DNA of 41,541 nt, from NCBI GenBank assembly GCA_010093995.1, contig ML992511.1, positions 974,155 to 1,015,695 of the forward strand, read 5' to 3'. Below the pieces are notes generated by a model. The model saw nothing but the letters and a program-made list of their open reading frames with translations. It did not search any database and was not told the origin of the DNA. The stretch comes from Elsinoe ampelina (Eukaryota). Made by a program: the position numbers and the translations under genes. The first letter of the stretch is position 1, and the number at the start of each line of letters is the position of its first letter. Shown piece after piece: positions 35,529 through 41,541 of this stretch.

Positions 35529-36986
35529 TCATGTGCGGATGCTCGGGAATCGACTCCATGCCTTGGAGTTTCTGGAAACAGGGAAGTTCGCTCGACCGAT
35601 GGTTAATGACTGCAGGTTAATCCGGTGAGTTCTGTAAGACTTGGCCAGGTTGACATTGTCGAGCTCGCCGATCAATACTCGACATTCCGCATCGGTGGCA
35701 GAGCGATTCATCGGGTGAGTGGCGACCCATGCAAGTGTGGCAAGATCAAATGTGCCGTACCGGACGCGGTTCGCAGCTTCCTTTGAAAACCCCAGGAAAG
35801 GCAAAGTATGGACTGACGAGGACAGTCAATTTGATGTTGAGATGACTGTAACGCGTATTCAACATAACGAGAGAGTTGATGTCAGTAGTGAAGGCGTCGA
35901 GTCCTACAGACATCAGCTCGATTGCGACATCAGGTGAGGCTGCGTCCAAGACATCGATGAGTTCCTGGATGTTCGCAGCGGGGTTGACCTGGGTCGCATT
36001 GGGATCCTCGAAGAATGGTGCAAGACTGGAGGTGTCTACGCGTGCACAGCCAATGCGAGTCGGCCTGGAATTTGGATAACGGACTTCGAGAATCCCTTCA
36101 ATGCTCTCTCCGCACCTGGCGGACGTTCCCTCGGAGCCATACTTGGGTGCACGTCCGGAAGTCCGTGTAAATGACATAAGAATCCGATCCGGATTCTTCG
36201 GGGCGTCGATAAATCCGGCATAGACCTCGCGACCATTGACCGGACGCCATGAGGCAAATTTGCGCCGCTCGCCGGTCGTCCTGGTCTTTCGAGTGTATGA
36301 CTTTGATTGGGGCGAATTCTGCTTGAAGAAGACCCCAAGATATCCTCGTCGGTTGAAGTATTTGGGCCAGTCTCTGTACAGGTATCTCAAAGACTTGGCG
36401 TTGTAGGCCAGTTTGAGCAGCTCCTTGTCGTTCCTTACCGAGCACCTGCCCAATATCAAGCGCTGCCTCGATGCAGTCTCGAAGGCCTCGACCCAGGTGC
36501 CTTCATCGTTATCGGGAGGCGGCTAGCGAATACGCTTTCTTCTGCGGATGGGCGGCTCCGAGTCCGAGCCCGAATCTTGCAAGATTGTGACGTCTTATCG
36601 GTGCTACTCTGAAATTTGTTACTTGGGAGGACCGGCGGAGAGCTCGTGAATGCTGCGAGAGATCGTCTTACTCTGCGGACAGGCGGCTCTGAATCAGAGT
36701 CTGAATCTTGTATGGATATCGGACCGGCCGAAGACGTGCCGGGCGTGGTCGACAAGTTGATGCTGGAGTCAAGTGATGGGTCGATGCTGGAGTCAAGTGA
36801 TGGGTTGCTGCTGGATCCAGGTGATGGGTCGCTGCTGGGTCCGGGTGAGGCGGTGGTTGAGTTGGTAGTTTGTCTGACTGATTATCGCATGATAGGATCT
36901 GGATAGATCTCATAGAGTCTCTGAATGTTTGCTCTGGCCTTTGCTACACCAGACCTTTTCGGTCTTCCTGCTGATAGACCAGTCAT
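35529..36986 (-). pseudogene. Disrupted orphan gene with RIP-like nonsense codons and frame breaks
   Basis: ATG at 36986 follows a canonical intron 36988-37037. Reads MTGLSAGRPKRSGVAKARANIQRLY.., then TAA at 36884-36882, a frame change near 36600, TAG at 36525-36523, ORF 35746-36459, and another frame change into ORF 35529-35804. Confidence 0.55.
36759..36854. repeat. Four 24-bp tandem units encoding Ser/Pro-rich octapeptides in the pseudogene
   Basis: GATGCTGGAGTCAAGTGATGGGTC-like units at 36759, 36783, 36807 and 36831. Minus-strand translation SPGPSSDP/SPGSSSNP/SLDSSIDP/SLDSSINL. Confidence 0.85.
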
Positions 36987-37147
36987 CCTGCAAAGGGTCA
37001 GCAGTCGTCGTTAGATCTGTGGCATTGCTCAGCTTACTTTGCATGTATCGCCTGAAGGAAATCGATGATGCTGGTCAGTATGCGGATCGTGAGGTGGTGA
37101 GGTTGCCTGGAGCTTGCTCGCAAGCCGATCACGCGTTTCGAAGCTTA

Positions 37148-37189
37148 ACGTCTGCCCCGGGGATCTGGCCATCCCCTAGAACTGGCCAC
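37148..37189 (+). repeat. Left terminal inverted repeat of the Fot1/pogo element
   Basis: ACGTCTGCCCCGGGGATCTGGCCATCCCCTAGAACTGGCCAC, with internal CTGGCCA repeated twice. Confidence 0.88.
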
Positions 37190-39448
37190 TTTAGGGTTAA
37201 CCCTATCTGCAGCCAATCGGAGAGCGTGATTTTGCCCCGAGACTAGTCTAAAATAGTGTTCTCGGATTTCTATCTTCTTCTAAGCTTTATTACACCTAAC
37301 AACTATCTTTTCTAATAGTTCTAGCTATCTTAATTAAATATAAAAAGTAGCTTAAAGAGGCTATATATAAATATTATTATTAGAAAGGCAAGATATTAAA
37401 AAAAGAGCTTAAACGGCGCTTTCCTCTCGTTACTAAATAAACTTTTACTTATTATTTAAGAGAATTATATAAGTTATATATAATAAGTTATTCTTATTAG
37501 TAGTGTCTTATACTAGTATAAGAGAATGCTCTAATTAAGTTTATTTACTTCCTATCCTTTGATAGCTTTAATCTAAATAATTACTAGCTTAATTAGTACA
37601 CTAGTTACTTACTTAAATTCTTAACTATCTAACTAGTATATATACTCTCTACCTCTATTAGTAAGTACTAGTATATCCGCTTTAAAGAGCGCTATCTAGA
37701 GATCGATCTCTAGCGTTGTCTAGCTATAGATAGCAATAGATTAGAAGAGCTTAGTAATACTAAAAAGGTAGAGGCTTAGTTTAAGTTAGTAATATATATC
37801 TTTAAAGTCTTTAATATTAAGCCTTATAACACTTACAATATAGACGAGATTAGCTATATACTTAGTTAATTGCTTTACGAGTGGATCTAGATTATAAGTA
37901 ATAATAAGTACAAGTCCTATTTATATTAATCTAGTAACTATAAGTAGGCTATAGCTATTAAGACTTTAAGTGTTATTAGCTATATAGTACTACTAATATT
38001 TATCTTAAAGAGTTAAACTATTTAAGATAGCTAGTTTAACGACTTAATTAATTTACTAGAGAATTTAATATGTACTAATACTATAATTAACACCTCTCTA
38101 ACTAGCTAGACAAACGACAAGATTACTATTAAGTAGTTAAGGGATTACTTTATCTCCTTTACGTAGCTTCTTAATAAGTAAGAGAGAAAGGTAAAAGAGA
38201 AGGATCTTAATTAAAACTAGTATTTACTTCTCTTTAATAGTTATTACTTACACCTTATACTAGAGTTTATCTAATTAGCTTAGAAGTATCGTATTGCTCT
38301 ATTAAAGCTTCTAGTATACACCTTGTACTTTCTTTAGCCTCTTAATGTTACTATATTTACTAGTTTAAAGCATAAATATCAAGGTAAAGTTTACTAGATT
38401 ATATATAAGAGAGTTTAACAAATTAGTAAGTACTACTTTATTAAGGCTTATATTAATTACTACAATGTAGTCTTTAGTAGTAATAGCTAGATAAGAGCCT
38501 TTAAAGTTACTAGTATATAGCTAAATAATCTAGCACTAGTTCTCTATTAAATTTAGCGCTATTTACTCTTTTAATTAACCTCTTAATTAACCTCTTAATT
38601 CACCTCTTAACCTCTAGATTTAGAGGCGAATTTAGCCTCTTAATTAAGTACTTAATCCTTACAAAATTTAACTTTAAATTTATAGTTAAATTTATAGTTA
38701 AATTTTGTAGAGATTTTAACCTTCTTCTCTATAGTCTCTACCTCTCTTCCGGCTACTCCTTTAAGGCGCTCTAACCCCTTATTAAGTAATAGTATACTAA
38801 TTAAATCGGCTAAGTAGTTTAACTAGAGGCTTAAGTAACTCCTTAATAATTAGTAGTATACTAAGCGTAGTTTAGCTAGCTATTAATAAGCTTCTTAATC
38901 TCTTTTTAAAGCTATAAAAGCAATAGAGAAGAAAGTAGATATTACTAAGGAGGAGGTAAAGCTCTTAAAGAGGAAGTTACTTAGCATTAATAAGCGTACT
39001 AAGAAGGAGAATAAGCGTTAGTATAATAGTACTAGTTATCTATCTAGTAGTGCTTTAATTAGTATTAAAAGGGTAATAGAGTAGAGAGATACTAATAAGG
39101 AGATAGAGAAGGCTTACTATATTAAGAATGCTACTTATAAGTATAGAGTCGACCTTAGTAAGCAGATTTAAGCCTTAAAGAAGTCTACTAAGCGCCTCTT
39201 AGCTAAGTATCTAAAGCGCTTCTACCTTTTATAACTTAAAGAGAATTATAAGTAATCTAAGCTAGACTATAATACTACTAAGAAGAGTTACTCTAAGTTA
39301 TAAAAGCGCTATAATAGATTAAAGAGTAAGAGTAAGGGACTATTAATACTAGAGCGTAATAGCCTTAAGATAGATAAGACTAATACTACTACGTAGATTA
39401 ATAAGCTACTACTAGAGATACTACTAGAGTTACTACTAGAGGTAAAGG

Positions 39449-39486
39449 AGAAAAAGAAGAAGAAGAAGAAGAAGGAGAAGAAGAAG
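39449..39486 (+). repeat. (AAG)n microsatellite-like tract inside the transposon
   Basis: AGAAAAAGAAGAAGAAGAAGAAGAAGGAGAAGAAGAAG; probably a former poly-Glu/Lys coding tract. Confidence 0.8.
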
Positions 39487-39845
39487 CACTAAGCTATTAC
39501 TAACACTCTTTATAATACTTAATTTTAGTAAATTGTTATAAATCTAGCGCCTTAAGAGGTTAGAGATAGCTAGAGCACTTAGTATATAGTGCTATATAAC
39601 TAAAGGACATAAGGAAGCAATTTTACACTATATAATAGATTATTTAGCACTTTCTAAGGTCTTAATTATAAGCTAAAAATACTAACTCTAAGCCTTAGCC
39701 TTATTTACCTCTATACTAGTAACAATAATTTAGTTAAGTTAATTCTTACTAAAAGCTATAAGGTATACTAAGATATATATCTTTTACTAATTCTAGTAGG
39801 TCGGTGTATCTCCGGCTATATCTTACTACTTTCTAGAACTAAGAG

Positions 39846-39887
39846 GTAGCTAGTTCTAGAGAATAGCTAGATCCCTAGGGCAGATAT
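39846..39887 (-). repeat. Right terminal inverted repeat (RIP-mutated)
   Basis: GTAGCTAGTTCTAGAGAATAGCTAGATCCCTAGGGCAGATAT matches the reverse complement of the left TIR at 32/42; all 10 differences are C>T or G>A. Confidence 0.88.
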
Positions 39888-39889
39888 TA

Positions 39890-40285
39890 TAAAGGAGAAA
39901 ATCGAGGTAGTAAGTAGAACTACTATTCTTACCTACACTAGCTGCGATAAACACTATACGCCTAGAGCCTATAATATAGACTAAGTTTAAATGCGAATTA
40001 CTTAACTGTCTATTATTCTTAAGATCTCTAATTAAGAAGAGAGATTCCTTAGCTAATTCTCTATAACTTAGTAAGATTCTTAGTGCAAGAAATTAACAGC
40101 GAGTGTTAATACTAAGGCTTAAGATACTTAGTGTTGTTTTAGTGTGTAACGAATTATTTACCCTACCCTCGACCTAATAAGGACCGGGGTTAGCCTCCGG
40201 CCACCTAAACCCCGACCTAATAGTTACCCTAAACTAGAAAGTTAACTGTTTTAGAAGCCTAACCCTAACCTTTACGTATGCCTAG
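39890..40285. repeat. RIP-mutated AT-rich repeat remnant outside the Fot1 element, unclassified
   Basis: TpA-rich and CpA/TpG-poor sequence continues beyond the right TIR and ends near CCTAACCCTAACC (40258-40270). Confidence 0.6.
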
Positions 40286-41049
40286 AGTTGCTCATGATCA
40301 GTGTTGCTGTAGTAGGCAAAGAATAGACATATAGAAATGGAAATAGTGCACTAGCCGACGTGGCCATTAGTTTGTGCCAGCACAATTAGCGCATTGTCAG
40401 CTGATGTCGACGCTGCCCGCTCCTGCTTAGTGTCTGTGAGGACAACGCCATAGCATGCACCTTGAAACGCATACTGATTCATCGGTCATACGTGGCAGCT
40501 TTCTTGCCTCTGGGCCACGCTTTGACAGCCCTGGTGCGCTCTCATCGCTGCAACTGGTACACCGTGAGATGCGATAGCTTCCAGACTAGAAAGACAGTCT
40601 CTAAGAACATGATTGGGCAAATCTGTCGGACGAGAGCCAAAGAATATGCATGCCAGAGATAGATCCTCACACAGGCTCAACCCTCCCTATGTAGGGCAAC
40701 TCGAACCCCAAAACCAACCACGTGGTGTCCAAACCACGTGGTGTCCGAAGCCAATCTTCTCTGTCGAAAGCTGGTGACCACATACTTCAGGGCACAGAGG
40801 TGATGCAATCATCAAAGGTAACATCGAAGGTTTGGTGGCTATTGCTGCGAGCAGAATCCTGAGGGGAGCTCGCGATAAGACACTCCTCGTATTTCATTGC
40901 AAAGCATCCTGGACGGGTACAAGTACAATGCTACCTGGCTTCCTTGAATCCATATCAACCCTCACTAGTATACTCCATAGCCCTCATGTTGTAATGGAAG
41001 GCTGGTACAGCTTCTCTGGTACTGAAGAACTGGTACTGATGAGTCAGCG

Positions 41050-41541
41050 CACGTATAGTAGATAAATCGGTTATTGTAACTCTCTAAATAAAACACATAT
41101 CTCTCGATCCGATTTGCTAGTTATAACAGGTTATAAGCCTAGCGCTTCTACAAAAGCACTTAAAGCTATAGTAAATTAAGCGTGTCATTATTAAAAGGAT
41201 TACTAAGCCGCCTACACTAAATTCTAGACTAGCTATATTAAGACAAACACTTGTAGTAGCCCGTATTAACCCTTTAATTAAACAGTTTAAACGGCTTAAA
41301 TAAGCTAATTATATTAATTAAATTAATAGGCCTTTAGCTAATTACTATTATTATGTCTAGATTAGCAAAAATGCTCGAGACTTAGATTCTTAAGAGAGGA
41401 AGTAACTATAATACTTAGAGATTAACCCTTAAGGTAGCCCTCCTTAAAAAGAATATACTTAGATATGCAATTTATAACATTGACTAGATACTAGTAGTTA
41501 TAAAGCCTAAAGAACTAGCCCTAGATACTAGTAAAGGCACT
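41050..41541. repeat. Start of a second RIP-mutated AT-rich repeat block, running off the window
   Basis: Shift to TpA-rich, stop-rich sequence with no ORFs; element type not recognisable. Confidence 0.7.

Larger units (their letters stand above)
37148..39887 (+). mobile_element. Full-length, RIP-inactivated Fot1/pogo-type (Tc1-mariner, DDE_1) DNA transposon, 2740 bp
   Basis: 42-bp TIRs at 37148-37189 and 39846-39887, flanked by TA (37146-47 and 39888-89). One + frame holds mutated transposase motifs: YNIDEISYILS (YNMDETG..) 37834, TS*TNDK (GWTND) 38101, YLLLFNSY (LLLFDGH) 38221, LLVYTLYFL*PLNV (LP.H.SH.LQPLDV) 38308. Very AT/TpA-rich. Confidence 0.9.

Noticed and set aside
38571..38702. 12-bp tandem repeats (TTAATTAACCTC, TTTATAGTTAAA) inside the AT-rich block
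   Set aside because: In-frame low-complexity coding repeats of the RIP-mutated transposase region, not a separate element.
40258..40278. ACGT near 40274 as the right end of the Fot1 element
   Set aside because: No extended complementarity to the left TIR; the true right TIR is at 39846-39887.

Overview
Genomic DNA of a filamentous ascomycete (Pezizomycotina), judged from short GT-AG introns with CTRAC/CTAAC branch sites and RIP-type mutated repeats. Bases 1-33.4 kb are gene-dense with 13 reconstructable genes: a hypothetical protein, an APC amino-acid/GABA permease, a four-exon PNP_UDP-NACHT-ankyrin NLR-like immune receptor, mitochondrial Hsp78, EF1-beta carrying an intronic U18/snR18 box C/D snoRNA, EMC5/MMgT, MSH5, an orphan single-TM protein, an MFS sugar porter, a Cys-rich GPI-like secreted protein, BCKDH E2, the Cch1 calcium channel and a tocopherol-cyclase-like protein. 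Bases 33.4-41.5 kb are accessory and repeat-rich: a 19-bp minisatellite, a spliced orphan gene with RIP-type stop codons, a complete 2.74-kb RIP-destroyed Fot1/pogo DNA transposon with recoverable 42-bp TIRs and TA target duplication, and further RIP blocks. The most notable observations are the NLR whose three introns are all phase 1 and fall at domain borders, the asymmetric RIP of the two TIRs, and recurring sharp C-rich to G-rich strand-composition switches. All calls come from reading the sequence; no database searches were run.
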